A stretch of DNA of 59,687 bases from Bacteroidales bacterium (GCA_021740175.1 JAIPAH010000001.1:1-59687); one strand, 5' to 3'. Shown: positions 36,437-47,843, counted from the first letter of the stretch. Numbers and translations are program-made. The notes: generated from the sequence alone by a model not told the origin.

Positions 36437-38245
36437 TCATTGTATGATTAATTTTGCATGGTACTTTGGCAAACCTTTTTTGTCACTGATTTTCAATAAG
36501 TAAAGTCCCTGCGGCAAGCCGGATACGTCTATTTTTTGAGCCGTATAGGCTTGATTTACCCTTTTCACCGTTTGTCCGGTTGCACTAAAGATAACAATAT
36601 TTATTGATTCTATCTGATTGATATCAAGATAAAAATAAGTTTCTGCCGGGTTTGGGATCACTTTTATTTTCCGGGTTTGGCGCAGCTCACTTACAGCTTC
36701 CGGTTCGGCATTCATTTTCAAAACATCAATCCATAAAGAATCGGATGCATTATCAACTCCATTAGATCCGTAATTCAGGTAAATCACTGCTTTTCGTATT
36801 CTTTCTTTATTCACGGTTTCTCCAAAATTTGGTGCGCCGGCTGCCCAATTACCCGCGAAATTGAAGTGGTAATCGTGATATTTTCCGTCACTGTATGGCT
36901 CAATTGTAAAAACCGGTGATTTGTTGGTTTGTCGTCCCTGCTGGTCTATGAGATCTATGCGCATATTGACAGAGCCACTTTTGTTAAACGTTTTTAACCT
37001 GGCTTCCATACTTTGATGATTGGAGAGGTCTATGGGCCGTTCAAAGTCAATAATAAACTTTGGCCAGAGGTCGGGGTCCGTATTATGATATGAAATTTTG
37101 AGTTCGCTGGCTGTTTCACTAAAAGAAAATGAAACTTCCTCGCTGTTGGGGTTAGAGATATTTTCGATATTTCCATCATCAAAATGCTCCAGGACATGTT
37201 CGGCTCCTTCAGGAACGGTTAACAGCTTTACCGGTAGTTCATAGTGATACGTTTCCTCATTCACCGTCAGTTCAAGAGCAATACTTCCTTCGCTATCTCC
37301 CCAGTTGACAGAAATGGCATTTGTACCTTGTCCGGAAACAATCCCGGCATCTTCGGGTACCGACCAATCAAATTCTGCATCCACCACATTTGATACCGAA
37401 TACTCTACATGTTCGGCATAAGGTTGGATATATTCATCTCCGGAGATTTGAAATTCATCGATTTGTTTATACACGCGCACGTAATCCACTTCCATTTGCA
37501 CCGGGAAGATGGAATCGTCTACGCCCTGAACACCTCCCCAATTACCTCCAATGGCAACATTAAGAAGGAGATGGAAACGCTTGTCGAACGGCCACTTTTG
37601 CCATGTACCTTCATTTTCAAAAGTAAAACGCAGTCTGCCATCCACGAAGAAATCAATTTTATCCGGCGTCCATTCGATGGCATAAAGATGGAACTCTTCT
37701 TCGGCTGTTTCCACGTTGGAAGCATTACTTTGCTCCGTTCCGTTCAGGTGATTATAGGCTTGCGTATGCACGGTTTGGTGAATTACATTGGGCTCATACC
37801 CCACGTACTCCATAATATCTATTTCACCTGAGGAAGGCCATCCGCCATATTCCCAATCGGTAGGCAGCATCCAGATGGCGGGCCAGGTACCTGTTCCGGC
37901 CGGTACTTTTGCTTTGATTTCAAAACGGCCATATTTCCAGTCGCCTTTATTTTTCGTTATCAGACGCGTCGAGGTATATTGATTGCCTGAATAATTTTCT
38001 TTATGGGCTTCGATAATCAATTTTCCATTTTGCACGCGGGCATTATTTGTGTCGGCTTCGGTATAAAACTGAAGCTCGTTGTTGCCCCAGCCGTCTCCAC
38101 CAACATCGTAGCCCCACTTTTCGGAATCGGGCAAACCGGTGTAATTAAATTCATCCTGCCACACCAAAACGGTCGACTGAGTGACGCCCAAAAGGGGCGC
38201 CACCAGTAGAACCGCAATCAAATGTATCCTAAACAACCAACTCAT
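36437..38245 (-). CDS. GH16 endo-beta-1,3-glucanase (laminarinase) with accessory domains and a T9SS C-terminal domain
   Basis: 602 aa with GWGNNELQFYT, the catalytic motif GEIDIMEY, and the tail KVIPNPAETYFYLD...GLYLLKISDKKG. Confidence 0.9.
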   Translation of the reverse strand: MSWLFRIHLIAVLLVAPLLGVTQSTVLVWQDEFNYTGLPDSEKWGYDVGGDGWGNNELQFYTEADTNNARVQNGKLIIEAHKENYSGNQYTSTRLITKNKGDWKYGRFEIKAKVPAGTGTWPAIWMLPTDWEYGGWPSSGEIDIMEYVGYEPNVIHQTVHTQAYNHLNGTEQSNASNVETAEEEFHLYAIEWTPDKIDFFVDGRLRFTFENEGTWQKWPFDKRFHLLLNVAIGGNWGGVQGVDDSIFPVQMEVDYVRVYKQIDEFQISGDEYIQPYAEHVEYSVSNVVDAEFDWSVPEDAGIVSGQGTNAISVNWGDSEGSIALELTVNEETYHYELPVKLLTVPEGAEHVLEHFDDGNIENISNPNSEEVSFSFSETASELKISYHNTDPDLWPKFIIDFERPIDLSNHQSMEARLKTFNKSGSVNMRIDLIDQQGRQTNKSPVFTIEPYSDGKYHDYHFNFAGNWAAGAPNFGETVNKERIRKAVIYLNYGSNGVDNASDSLWIDVLKMNAEPEAVSELRQTRKIKVIPNPAETYFYLDINQIESINIVIFSATGQTVKRVNQAYTAQKIDVSGLPQGLYLLKISDKKGLPKYHAKLIIQ

Positions 38246-38251
38246 TATCTC

Positions 38252-39067
38252 TTATTTCTTTTTGTATACGCGTACGTAATCCACAATCATTTCCTGGGGG
38301 AAGATAGCATCATCCACACCTTCTTTGCCTCCCCAATTACCACCAACGGCTACATTGAGCAGGATATGAAACGGTTTATCAAAAGGCCATTCCTTGAATG
38401 TTTTGTTCTCATTTTCAAAAGTGAAAAAATGGATGTCATCAAAAAACACGCGATATTCATCCTCTTCCCATTCCAGGGTATAAGTGTGAAACTCGTCGTA
38501 AATATTCCTGACTTTTATTCCTTCGGTTTTGTTTGTTCCCTTTACATGGTTGTAAGCCTCAGTATGTGCTGATGCAAAGACTGAATCGGGGTTATACCCC
38601 ACATGTTCCATAATGTCAATTTCACCTGATGCCGGCCAGTCGCCGTATTCCCAGTCTGTGGGCAGCATCCAGATAGCCGGCCATATTCCTCTGCCCTGGG
38701 GTAGTTTGGCGCGGAATTCAAAGCGACCGTATTTCCAGTCACCTTTGTTTTTTGTAATCAGCCTTGCCGAAGTATAGTCACGTTTTCCTTTCTCTTCTTT
38801 GATAGCTTTGATGTGAAGCTTTTCTCCGTCTACAAAGGCATTGTCTTTGTCTCTGCTGGTATAATACTGTAGCTCGTTATTTCCCCAGCCATAATCATTG
38901 CCTACGGTATCATAACTCCACTTTTCAGCATCGGGGAGCCCATTGTAATCAAACTCGTCATGCCATACGAGTTGGTACCCTTCCGGTACGGGAATTTCTT
39001 TCTTTTCATTTTCGCATGAAGCAGCTAGAAAAGCTAGGGCAATCAGAAATCCTGTTATTTTATTCAT
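38252..39067 (-). CDS. GH16 endo-beta-1,3-glucanase lipoprotein
   Basis: GWGNNELQYYT and GEIDIMEH motifs. I prefer the start at MNKITGFLIALAFLAASCENE (39067). The ORF-track TTG start is at 39115. Confidence 0.9.
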   Translation of the reverse strand: MNKITGFLIALAFLAASCENEKKEIPVPEGYQLVWHDEFDYNGLPDAEKWSYDTVGNDYGWGNNELQYYTSRDKDNAFVDGEKLHIKAIKEEKGKRDYTSARLITKNKGDWKYGRFEFRAKLPQGRGIWPAIWMLPTDWEYGDWPASGEIDIMEHVGYNPDSVFASAHTEAYNHVKGTNKTEGIKVRNIYDEFHTYTLEWEEDEYRVFFDDIHFFTFENENKTFKEWPFDKPFHILLNVAVGGNWGGKEGVDDAIFPQEMIVDYVRVYKKK

Positions 39068-39209
39068 ATAATTATTTTTTAGAACGGCCGCTAATTTTAA
39101 AAGTCCGGTTTTCAAAATTTACGATAGGTAGCTAGAAAACTGCTATTTTCACAGTTGCTGAATGATAACATTAAAAAAGTTCTAAAGTAAAAAGTAGTAA
39201 ATTAATACT

Positions 39210-39240
39210 AAGGTGGGGCCGGATATACCGGCCGCACCTT
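39210..39240. other. GC-rich hairpin between the PKD-protein and GH16 genes
   Basis: AAGGTGGGGCCGG - ATATA - CCGGCCGCACCTT forms a 13-bp stem with one central mismatch. It begins 15 nt after the stop at 39255. Confidence 0.55.
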
Positions 39241-39254
39241 AGTAAAAGATTATT

Positions 39255-40712
39255 TTATTCAAAAGTAAGGTTGCGAACATATATAGTAGCGCCGACCTCG
39301 TGTCCGCCGCCACCAAAACGAAGGTACATCTGATCTAAATCAGTCCGGTTCAACACTTCCGTAGTTGATAGATCAAATGTATAAGTGTGCCATTCGCCTA
39401 CGACGAGATCACCCCCTTCAATAAGATAATACTCATTATCTGTCCACCATTCTTCAGTTTGGCTCATATCGGCAAAACCGAATTCAAGGTTTTTCGCGAG
39501 ATCAGTACCTTCAAAGTCAATATTATCGGGGACATAAACATCAAATGATACAGTTGTAAAGTTATCATATTGAATGTCTTTAGGCTCAGGGCTTGCCCTG
39601 AACATAAGCTCCTGGTATTGTACTCCCTCTGTTCTGGTAAATTCACCCACCTGGGCTGATGCATTCATAGGGTCATCAACACCAAATTCAACAGTAGAAC
39701 CTGAATCGACGGTATCGATTGTTGCCATATCGGCATCATCTCTTGAGGCAAATGTTAAATACATTTCATTCGGAGTAATATCCTCAAGGTCTTCTCCCCA
39801 CTCTGGTTCTTCTTCTACCAAATCAGGCTCCAAAGAAGGATCGGAATAACTCACATAAGTAAAGTCCCAATATAACTCGTCTTCTTCGTAATAATAAGAG
39901 ATGGTCATTAAGTCATATCCTTCGTGTTCTTCAATTGAGACGATATTAAACGTTCTGTCGGTAGTAGGAACTATTGATTCTCCTGATGTTCCAAGCTGCG
40001 GCATTCCCATCCAGGCGCCTTCACCGATTAAGGTAACTTCGCCTGCTTCAGCATCGTATTCATATTCGTGTGTTCCGCTTAACCATGCACTTACGTCGTC
40101 ACCTTCGCTGTTAACCATATTGTCAGCAGTAGCTTCAAAACAAGTGCCTACCACATCGGTTCCATCAAATACAGCTTCTTCTCCCCAGAAGACGCCATTA
40201 TCATTGAATTCAAATGTGCCGTCAAAATGGAAAGTGAACTCGTGTTTGTATACGCAAGGCCGGCTGCCGTCATTCTTGAGCGACCACCAAATACGTGCCT
40301 CATCGGGACTGGGGCCTACACCCATACTGGTTTCTTCGCGATAAAGTTTCCATGTTTTGGAATCGCTTCCAGCTAACATGTTTGAACCTAAGCTAATCGT
40401 TTTTGTAACGTCAGTGCTCACATCATCAGCATTCGTTGCCGTTAAAGTCACATCATAGGTTCCACCTTCTGCATATTCATGGACAGGATTTTCTTCTGTT
40501 GACGTTTCACCATCACCAAAGTCCCACATGTAGCTTTCAGAGTTTGTTGATTTATTAGTAAAACTAACTTCCAACGCATTCTCTTCACTGATTTCATAGT
40601 CGAAATCGGCATAAGGATCTTCAACTTTTGTGTCATCATCTTTTTCACATGCGGTAAACATGCCCAGCATTGCTATCATTGCAATGCTTAAAATCAAATT
40701 CATTCGTTTCAT
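39255..40712 (-). CDS. PKD-domain surface lipoprotein (candidate surface glycan-binding protein)
   Basis: Lipobox MFTACEKDD and a PKD block FTNKSTNSESYMWDFGDGETS...GTYDVTLTATN. It lies directly downstream of susD. I prefer the start at 40712; the ORF-track start is 40781. Confidence 0.8.
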   Translation of the reverse strand: MKRMNLILSIAMIAMLGMFTACEKDDDTKVEDPYADFDYEISEENALEVSFTNKSTNSESYMWDFGDGETSTEENPVHEYAEGGTYDVTLTATNADDVSTDVTKTISLGSNMLAGSDSKTWKLYREETSMGVGPSPDEARIWWSLKNDGSRPCVYKHEFTFHFDGTFEFNDNGVFWGEEAVFDGTDVVGTCFEATADNMVNSEGDDVSAWLSGTHEYEYDAEAGEVTLIGEGAWMGMPQLGTSGESIVPTTDRTFNIVSIEEHEGYDLMTISYYYEEDELYWDFTYVSYSDPSLEPDLVEEEPEWGEDLEDITPNEMYLTFASRDDADMATIDTVDSGSTVEFGVDDPMNASAQVGEFTRTEGVQYQELMFRASPEPKDIQYDNFTTVSFDVYVPDNIDFEGTDLAKNLEFGFADMSQTEEWWTDNEYYLIEGGDLVVGEWHTYTFDLSTTEVLNRTDLDQMYLRFGGGGHEVGATIYVRNLTFE

Positions 40713-40831
40713 AGTATTTCTGCTTTTTAGATTAAAATTAATATTAAATAAATTGTTTCTTGTCAAAAAAATTGCTTTCATTCTTATTGTTTTAAAGCTT
40801 TATTTTTTTGGGAATATTCCCAATATATATT

Positions 40832-42352
40832 TTAGTAATTGCTGTTTTGTTCCAGTTTTCCATTCGAGTTGTCGATTTCTGATTGAGGAATAGGAAATAC
40901 TTCATGTTTACCTGGAATGAATCCAAGTTCCCCCAGTTCACTGGCCGCATCACCCCAACGAACGAGGTCGAAAAACCGGTGCCCTTCCATAGCAAGTTCC
41001 AGACGGCGCTCCAGTTTGATATCCTCCATAGTTACAGAACTAAGAGGATCGTCAGGCATAGCTCGCTCACGCACCTGATTTACGAGAGGTAAGGGATTAC
41101 CCGTCCCTGATTGCAGATAAGCTTCAGCACACATGAGAAGCACATCGGCGTAGCGAATCATGCGTTCATTCGTTTCAAAATTCCACTCTGGTGAAGATTC
41201 GGATGTGAGATGAGCCCAGGGAGCACGTTTCTTGCTATACCATCCGGTATAACCTTCGGGTTGTTCCCATTCGCTGGCTCCAATCTCCGTAAGGAAGTCT
41301 TCGCCATAGGCGGTTCCATATTTTCTTGCCGAATCACCTTCAGCCTCATAGGCTGCAATCAGGTCTTGTGATACCATGTCAAAGCCCCAGCCTGCCAATA
41401 GCGTATCTGTGGATATTCCACGGGGACCTGACATCTGAACATCGATATTTCCTCCGTTGACACGACCATTACCCCAGTCGCCTCCTCTGTCAATATTGGC
41501 ATATTCAATTTCAAATATGGATTCAACTCCGTTTTCATGGCTGTATTGCCAGATATCATCGTAGTTATCCTCCAGTTCATATCCTGCGTTGATCACTTTC
41601 TCAAATTCAGCAGCGGCAAGTTCATAGTAGTTATTTGCCGGTTCAGGGAAATCATACTCTTGCTGATAATAGGGTGAAGCCATATACAAGTACGCCTTTC
41701 CTAACAAGGCATTTGCAGCCCCTTTCGTAGCCCTGTATAGTTCATCGCCTGCAAGTTGTGATTTCGCTGGTAAATCATCAGCAGCTTCTGTCAAATCAGC
41801 AATAATTTGAGCAAAAACATCTTCAGCAGGATCTCTGGGGCGATTATATTCATCAGGACTTAAAGTACCTGTTATTAAAGGAACATCCCCAAAAAAGCGT
41901 ATCAATTCAAAATAGAAGTAAGCTCTCAGGAATTTGGCTTCAGCAATATATTCTACTGATTTTTGAGAGGCTTCCGGATTGGCATTCGCCAACACCACAT
42001 TGGCCCGGTATATTCCATAGAAATTTCGGCGCCAAAGCTGCAATACGGCAGGGTTCGTTGGCGCAATGTTAAAGTTACCAATTGCATGATATTCCGGACG
42101 ATCTCCCGGGCCTCCGCCAACTACCTTTGCATCATCGCTGGGAAAGTTGGCTAGAAAATAGTAAGAAGACCAGCCACTGTAATATTTCGGTTGCAATATT
42201 GAATAAGCGGCAACGAGTCCGGAAAAAATTTCCTCTTCGGTTTCATAATAGTTTGTCTCAAATTTTTGCCCGATTGGTTCCAAATCGAGCCATTCCTTTT
42301 CGCATGAGGTTGCGAAAACGATAAGCAAACTAAATAGAACTATCTTTTTCAT
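40832..42352 (-). CDS. susD: SusD/RagB-family nutrient-binding outer-membrane lipoprotein
   Basis: Lipobox VFATSCEKEW and a TPR-like body with RAYFYFELIRFFGDVPL. It lies downstream of susC. I prefer the start at 42352. Confidence 0.92.
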   Translation of the reverse strand: MKKIVLFSLLIVFATSCEKEWLDLEPIGQKFETNYYETEEEIFSGLVAAYSILQPKYYSGWSSYYFLANFPSDDAKVVGGGPGDRPEYHAIGNFNIAPTNPAVLQLWRRNFYGIYRANVVLANANPEASQKSVEYIAEAKFLRAYFYFELIRFFGDVPLITGTLSPDEYNRPRDPAEDVFAQIIADLTEAADDLPAKSQLAGDELYRATKGAANALLGKAYLYMASPYYQQEYDFPEPANNYYELAAAEFEKVINAGYELEDNYDDIWQYSHENGVESIFEIEYANIDRGGDWGNGRVNGGNIDVQMSGPRGISTDTLLAGWGFDMVSQDLIAAYEAEGDSARKYGTAYGEDFLTEIGASEWEQPEGYTGWYSKKRAPWAHLTSESSPEWNFETNERMIRYADVLLMCAEAYLQSGTGNPLPLVNQVRERAMPDDPLSSVTMEDIKLERRLELAMEGHRFFDLVRWGDAASELGELGFIPGKHEVFPIPQSEIDNSNGKLEQNSNY

Positions 42353-42425
42353 TTTTATATAAATTTTTGTTTCTCTTTTGTTTAACATTTTGAGGTCTTA
42401 ATAATCCTGTTTTTTCAATCTTACA

Positions 42426-45400
42426 TTAAATAGTAATTTTAGCCCCAAAACTTATAACTCTTGATCGGGGATATAGCCCACGATCCACACCAATGCTGGA
42501 GCCGCCATAACCTCCTGTGTTTCCTATTTCAGGATCACCAGGGTATTTGGTTAACAGAAACAGATTCTGACCTGATACAAATAATCTTAATTTCTCAACT
42601 TTAAATTTATTAGTTAATGTACCTGGCAGGGTATAACCCAGTTCTGCTGATTGCAGACGTATGAAAGAGCCGTCAAACACAAACAGACTGTTATGAGAGA
42701 AGTTTCCGTTTGGATCAGATACGGTCATTCTTGGAAAATCAGCCGAATTATTTTGCGGTGTCCATGCATCTTCATAGAAAAATTCCGGTTTGTTATTCTT
42801 AGCCAAATCCGAGCGATAGGCTCCGAAATATGTATCAACCCCAGTACGGGCATTGAAAAACAAATTCAAGTCAAACCCTTTATATTCGAATGAAGTAGAT
42901 AGACCGAATGTCCATTTGGGGTGTGGGTTCCCAATCATGGTTTTATCCAATTCTGTTATCTGCCCATCTCCATTAATATCTTTGAATCTCACATCTCCGG
43001 GAACGGCTCTGGGTTGAATCAAGTCTCCTTCCTCGTTGGTATAACTCTGGACTTCTTCCCAGGAGCTAAAGATACCATCGTCTTCAAATCCATAAAAGTA
43101 CCACATAGGCTTGCCTTCTTCGGCTCTGGTGATAGCTCCGGTAGTTCCTAAATTGGCGCCTAATAAAACAGAAGCCCTGTTACCGATATAGGTGACTTCA
43201 TTTTTTAAATATGCAGCATTAGCAGCTATATCATAGGAAAAATCACCCATTTTCTTCTTTAATCCTAATTCAAGTTCTACACCTGTATTCACTACATCGC
43301 CTGCATTGACCAGAGGCTGGTCATTACCCACATAAAGTGGAACCGGACCGGTTGTGATCAAATCAATGGTGGTTTTTTTATAATAATCCGTAGACAGCGT
43401 TACCTGGCTATCGAACAGGTACAGGTCAAAACCTATGTCAATCTGTTCACTGGTTTCCCAAACAAGGTTCGGGTTGGCTAACCTTGACGGCTCAGCCCCG
43501 GTAAGTCTGGTTCCACCGCTCAAGTAATAGCTTGATTCGGCATTACTTACAATGGTTGATACATAGTCAAAATTTCCCAGTGAGCTAATTGAACCATTGC
43601 GCCCCCAACTGGCACGCAGCTTCAAAAAATCTATAGCTTCCGGTAGCTGAAAATCTTCCTTTGTAACTACCCATCCCAGAGAAACTGCCGGGAAATATTT
43701 GTATTTATTACCTTCAGCTAATTTTGAGGAACCATCTGCCCGCAACGTAGCATTTAACATGTATTTCTCCTGATAGTCATACTGAACACGTCCAAAATAG
43801 GAAAATAAGCGGTTTTCATCACGGGACCCACCTGCTGCTGCCCGGGTGGTATCACTGAGTACTGCATTAAGCACCGCAAAATTCCAACTTTCCTCCTGGA
43901 GCACTTCACCATACCCATTCAAATTGAAATGATTATAATCTCTTGCAGTCATACCAGCCATAACGTTCATTGAATGATTACCAATTGTTTTGGAATAATC
44001 CGCTACATTTTCTAATTGCCAGGTATACCACTTGTCTGTTGACCGACCTGTGTTGGTTCTGTAGTTATAATTGATGGAATGATAGTAGTACTTCGGTGTC
44101 CAGTAGAGTGAATTACCATATGAAAGGTCAATATCATAACTCGACCGGATATTTAATCCTTCCAATGGTTTTATTTCAGTGTAAAAACTGGCCAATACTT
44201 TATCCTGCTGCCATCGGTTATGTTCGTTATTCATCTGGGCGATAGGATTGGCAATTTCATTCTGCACATAAGGCGACATTCCGAAATATCCCTTATCACC
44301 TGGCGCTTTCAGCGAAGAATTTTCAGGATTACTGAAATTGTCTTGAATCTGGGGGAGGTATTTGTCCGGTAGGTCTTCAAGGTTATTAACATAAACCGAT
44401 GTCAGCGGGTCAATAGCCATCGCATTGCTGATTACTCCTCCGAATTCATTATTTTCATTAATACTCTTTCGGTTTAAATTTGTATAAGATATCCTGGTTC
44501 CCACTTTCAACCAGTCTTTCGCTTCATGATCCAGGTTTAAACGGGCCGTAGCGCGGTTGAAATTGGTTTTATTTCCTCCAACAATTCCATCCTGATCATA
44601 ATAAGAGGCAGAAGCGAATACTTTGGTTTTTTCAGATCCTCCTTCTATGGACAAGTTATGCTGCTCCATCGGAGCTACCTGGAATATTTCATTCATCCAG
44701 TCTGTTCCTTTACCCAGAGCATCGGGATTTTCATCAAGCCACTCTGCATCACTGAAATAATCGGCATATTGATTGGCATTCATCACCTCTACATAATTTA
44801 CTGCCTCCTGGATTCCACGGTTATAACTGTAATTGATTCTTGATTCACCCTTTTTTCCTGATTTTGTGGTAATAAGAACAACGCCGTTAGCCCCTTCGGC
44901 TCCGTAAATGGCTGCTGAAGCCGCATCTTTCAGTACTTCAATCGATTTAATATCGTCAGGATTCAAATAGTCCATTCCCCCGGTCCGCATTCCGTCTACA
45001 ATAAATAATGGTTCAGAATTTAGATTACTTCCTGTTCCACGAATGCGTATCGTCATATTTGCGCCAGGTGAACCGGACTCTTGCATAATATTGACGCCGG
45101 CTGTTTTACCCTGAATGGATTGTTCGATACGGGATTGATTTTTGCTCATATCCTCAGCTTCAATCTTTGAAATCGATCCGGTAACAAGGCTTTTCTTTTG
45201 GACGCCATAACCCACAACCACGACTTCTTCCATAGCCCTGGCTTTCATTTGCAGCGAAACGTTGATAGATGTTTTATCACCAATTTCCACTTCCTTTGGG
45301 GAGTAACCCACAAATGAAAATCGCAGCGTTCCTCCCTCCGATGGGACTTCGAGGGAATATCTCCCCTCTGTATTTGTTACTGTTCCCGTTGTGGTGCCTT

Positions 45401-45533
45401 TCAGGACGATATTTACTCCAGGAAGCGTTTCCTGGTTAGATGCATCCTTCACCACTCCTGTAACGGTTTTTTGGGAATAGGTGAAGCCCATACCCACAAA
45501 AATTGCAAACACTAATGTGACAAGCTTCCTCAT
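42426..45533 (-). CDS. susC: SusC/RagA-family TonB-dependent transporter
   Basis: It has a carboxypeptidase-regulatory-like N-terminus (VTGVVKDASNQETLPGVNIVLKGTTTG), a plug (FIVDGM), a long barrel and a C-terminal ...SFGAKITI. I prefer the start at MRKLVTL. Confidence 0.93.
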   Translation of the reverse strand: MRKLVTLVFAIFVGMGFTYSQKTVTGVVKDASNQETLPGVNIVLKGTTTGTVTNTEGRYSLEVPSEGGTLRFSFVGYSPKEVEIGDKTSINVSLQMKARAMEEVVVVGYGVQKKSLVTGSISKIEAEDMSKNQSRIEQSIQGKTAGVNIMQESGSPGANMTIRIRGTGSNLNSEPLFIVDGMRTGGMDYLNPDDIKSIEVLKDAASAAIYGAEGANGVVLITTKSGKKGESRINYSYNRGIQEAVNYVEVMNANQYADYFSDAEWLDENPDALGKGTDWMNEIFQVAPMEQHNLSIEGGSEKTKVFASASYYDQDGIVGGNKTNFNRATARLNLDHEAKDWLKVGTRISYTNLNRKSINENNEFGGVISNAMAIDPLTSVYVNNLEDLPDKYLPQIQDNFSNPENSSLKAPGDKGYFGMSPYVQNEIANPIAQMNNEHNRWQQDKVLASFYTEIKPLEGLNIRSSYDIDLSYGNSLYWTPKYYYHSINYNYRTNTGRSTDKWYTWQLENVADYSKTIGNHSMNVMAGMTARDYNHFNLNGYGEVLQEESWNFAVLNAVLSDTTRAAAGGSRDENRLFSYFGRVQYDYQEKYMLNATLRADGSSKLAEGNKYKYFPAVSLGWVVTKEDFQLPEAIDFLKLRASWGRNGSISSLGNFDYVSTIVSNAESSYYLSGGTRLTGAEPSRLANPNLVWETSEQIDIGFDLYLFDSQVTLSTDYYKKTTIDLITTGPVPLYVGNDQPLVNAGDVVNTGVELELGLKKKMGDFSYDIAANAAYLKNEVTYIGNRASVLLGANLGTTGAITRAEEGKPMWYFYGFEDDGIFSSWEEVQSYTNEEGDLIQPRAVPGDVRFKDINGDGQITELDKTMIGNPHPKWTFGLSTSFEYKGFDLNLFFNARTGVDTYFGAYRSDLAKNNKPEFFYEDAWTPQNNSADFPRMTVSDPNGNFSHNSLFVFDGSFIRLQSAELGYTLPGTLTNKFKVEKLRLFVSGQNLFLLTKYPGDPEIGNTGGYGGSSIGVDRGLYPRSRVISFGAKITI

Positions 45534-45572
45534 AATTTTTGGTTTAGGTTGTACTATCATTTATTAGTTATT

Positions 45573-47843
45573 TTATTTCGTTATTTCAAATTCTTTTTCA
45601 AGACCACCGATTTTGGCCGTAAACATTCCTTCCTCGGTTATCCATTTATTATTTCGTCCCACAAAAGCCATATCTGAAGGTTTTAAAGTAAACGTCACCG
45701 TTTTTTCCTCCTTTGGTTTCAGGGCTATTTTTTCAAATGCGCGCAGCCTTTTCACTGACGGAGTGACTGAGGCATAGTGATCGGAAATGTAAAGTTGCAC
45801 TGTTTCTTTACCTTCCCGTTTGCCAGTGTTTTTTACTTTGACGGATAATTTTATTTCATCCTTTTCTTTAAATGCGTCTTTATTGATTTTTAGATCAGAG
45901 TATTCGAAAGAAGTGTAGCTTAACCCATAGCCGAACGGATATTGCGGATTGTAAGCATTTTCTCCGTTGGTCGCATCAATCCGCTCGGTATGCTTGTGGT
46001 CATAAGTAATGAGATCATTGCTGTAGCGGGGATAAGTAAAAGGAAGTTCTCCACTCGGATTTACTTTGCCGGTTATGATGTTTGCAATAGCCGGTCCACC
46101 CTCGTTTCCGGGGAGGTAAGCCATTAAAACAGCATCTGTCAGCTCTTCTATTTCTCTTATAAGCCTTGGGCGTCCTTCTGTTAAAACCAAAATTACCGGT
46201 TTACCTGATTGCCCGGCTGTTTTAGCCAGGTCGGTTTGCGCCTGAGAAAGTGCTAAATCATTGATATCTCCCGGCTTTTCGGTATAGGCCGTTTCGCCCA
46301 GGCAAAGAACAACGTAATCCGCCATGGAAGCCTTTTTCTTTACTTCTTCCAGGCTTAATACCGAGTCGAAAGTGGCCCCCTTAGCATATGTTACATGCTC
46401 TTTTCCCAGCTTATTCCTTAAACTTTCCAGAATGGTTTTCTTGTCGGTAGCATACTTGTCTGTTTCCAAGCCCTGCCATGTATAAGTCCATCCCCCGTTC
46501 AGGGGAACCATTGAATTGGCGGCCGGTCCTGTGATTAAAACGTTTGCATTCTCAGGAAGAGGCAATACGTCATGTTTATTTTTGAGAAGTGTGATGGACT
46601 CTTCTGCCGTTTTTTGGCTGGCCTTTCTAAACTCCTCAGAGCCAAATTTTGGATAATCTTCCGGATAAGTAACCGGGGTGTCGAATAGTCCCAGGGCATA
46701 TTTTACTCTCAGGATACGACGCACGGACTTGTCCAATCTTTCTTCGCGAATTTTTCCCTCTTTAACCAATTCGATCAGGTATTTTGAGAAAGAGAAATCG
46801 TTGGGAACCATGCTCATATCCAAACCGGCATCGATAGCCATTTTTACAGCTTCCTTATGTGTTGCGGCAACTTTGTGGCGGTCATGGAGGTACTTGACGT
46901 CTTCCCAGTCGGAAACGACAAAGCCTTTAAAATTCATTTCATTTCTTAAAATATCTGTAAGCAGAAATTCACTGGTATGGGCCGGAATACCGTTAATTTC
47001 AGCCGAATTAATCATGGCCGTTAACGAGCCGGCATTTGCCGCTTTTTGAAACGGAGGAAGGAAATACTCGCGGAACATACGCTCCGGAAGCCATGCCGGG
47101 GTGCGGTCTTTACCGGAGAGCGGCATGCTGTAACCGGCATAATGTTTCATACATGAGGCTACTTTTTCTTTGCCGGAGATACTTTCCCCCTCATAACCTT
47201 TTACCATAGCCTCTCCCAACACATTTGCCAGGTGAACATCTTCTCCGAATGTTTCCCAGAATCGGGGCCAAAGTGGTGTTCGTCCTAATCCTAAAACAGG
47301 GGAGAAATTCCAGTGGATGGAGGAAGCCCGCGTTTCATAAGCTGTGATAGAGGCGGCTTGTTTCACCAGTTTGGGATCCCAGGTGGCCGCCTGCCCAAGC
47401 TGCTGAGGGAACAAAGTAGCTCCCGTGGTATAGTTCATGCCATGAATAGCATCAATTCCATAAATCACCGGTATATTTAGTCGTGTTTCTTTTATGGCCA
47501 TATTCTGGATGGTGGAAACAATTTTAAGCCATTTTTCCCGCGGGTAAGCATGACCTCCGCAATTCAATATAGATCCCACTCCATAATCAACAACGGCTTT
47601 TCGGAGTTTCTCTTCATCTATTTGATGGGGCTCAATCAAGCTATCGCCGTCTTTTTTGAGTATAACATCTAATGTGATTTGGGTCATTTGCCCGGCTTTC
47701 TCCTTCAGCGTCATCGATTGAATAGTATTATCGATTTTTTCCTCATAGCGTTCCGCCATATTTTGAGCAAAACCCGATAACACTATTACATGTGTTATAA
47801 AAACGATTAATAAACTTCTACTTAGTTTTTTTCTTATCTCCAT
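45573..47843 (-). CDS. bglX: GH3 beta-glucosidase
   Basis: 756 aa with a signal peptide, a GFVVSDW nucleophile region and a C-terminal Fn3-like domain. Confidence 0.92.
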   Translation of the reverse strand: MEIRKKLSRSLLIVFITHVIVLSGFAQNMAERYEEKIDNTIQSMTLKEKAGQMTQITLDVILKKDGDSLIEPHQIDEEKLRKAVVDYGVGSILNCGGHAYPREKWLKIVSTIQNMAIKETRLNIPVIYGIDAIHGMNYTTGATLFPQQLGQAATWDPKLVKQAASITAYETRASSIHWNFSPVLGLGRTPLWPRFWETFGEDVHLANVLGEAMVKGYEGESISGKEKVASCMKHYAGYSMPLSGKDRTPAWLPERMFREYFLPPFQKAANAGSLTAMINSAEINGIPAHTSEFLLTDILRNEMNFKGFVVSDWEDVKYLHDRHKVAATHKEAVKMAIDAGLDMSMVPNDFSFSKYLIELVKEGKIREERLDKSVRRILRVKYALGLFDTPVTYPEDYPKFGSEEFRKASQKTAEESITLLKNKHDVLPLPENANVLITGPAANSMVPLNGGWTYTWQGLETDKYATDKKTILESLRNKLGKEHVTYAKGATFDSVLSLEEVKKKASMADYVVLCLGETAYTEKPGDINDLALSQAQTDLAKTAGQSGKPVILVLTEGRPRLIREIEELTDAVLMAYLPGNEGGPAIANIITGKVNPSGELPFTYPRYSNDLITYDHKHTERIDATNGENAYNPQYPFGYGLSYTSFEYSDLKINKDAFKEKDEIKLSVKVKNTGKREGKETVQLYISDHYASVTPSVKRLRAFEKIALKPKEEKTVTFTLKPSDMAFVGRNNKWITEEGMFTAKIGGLEKEFEITK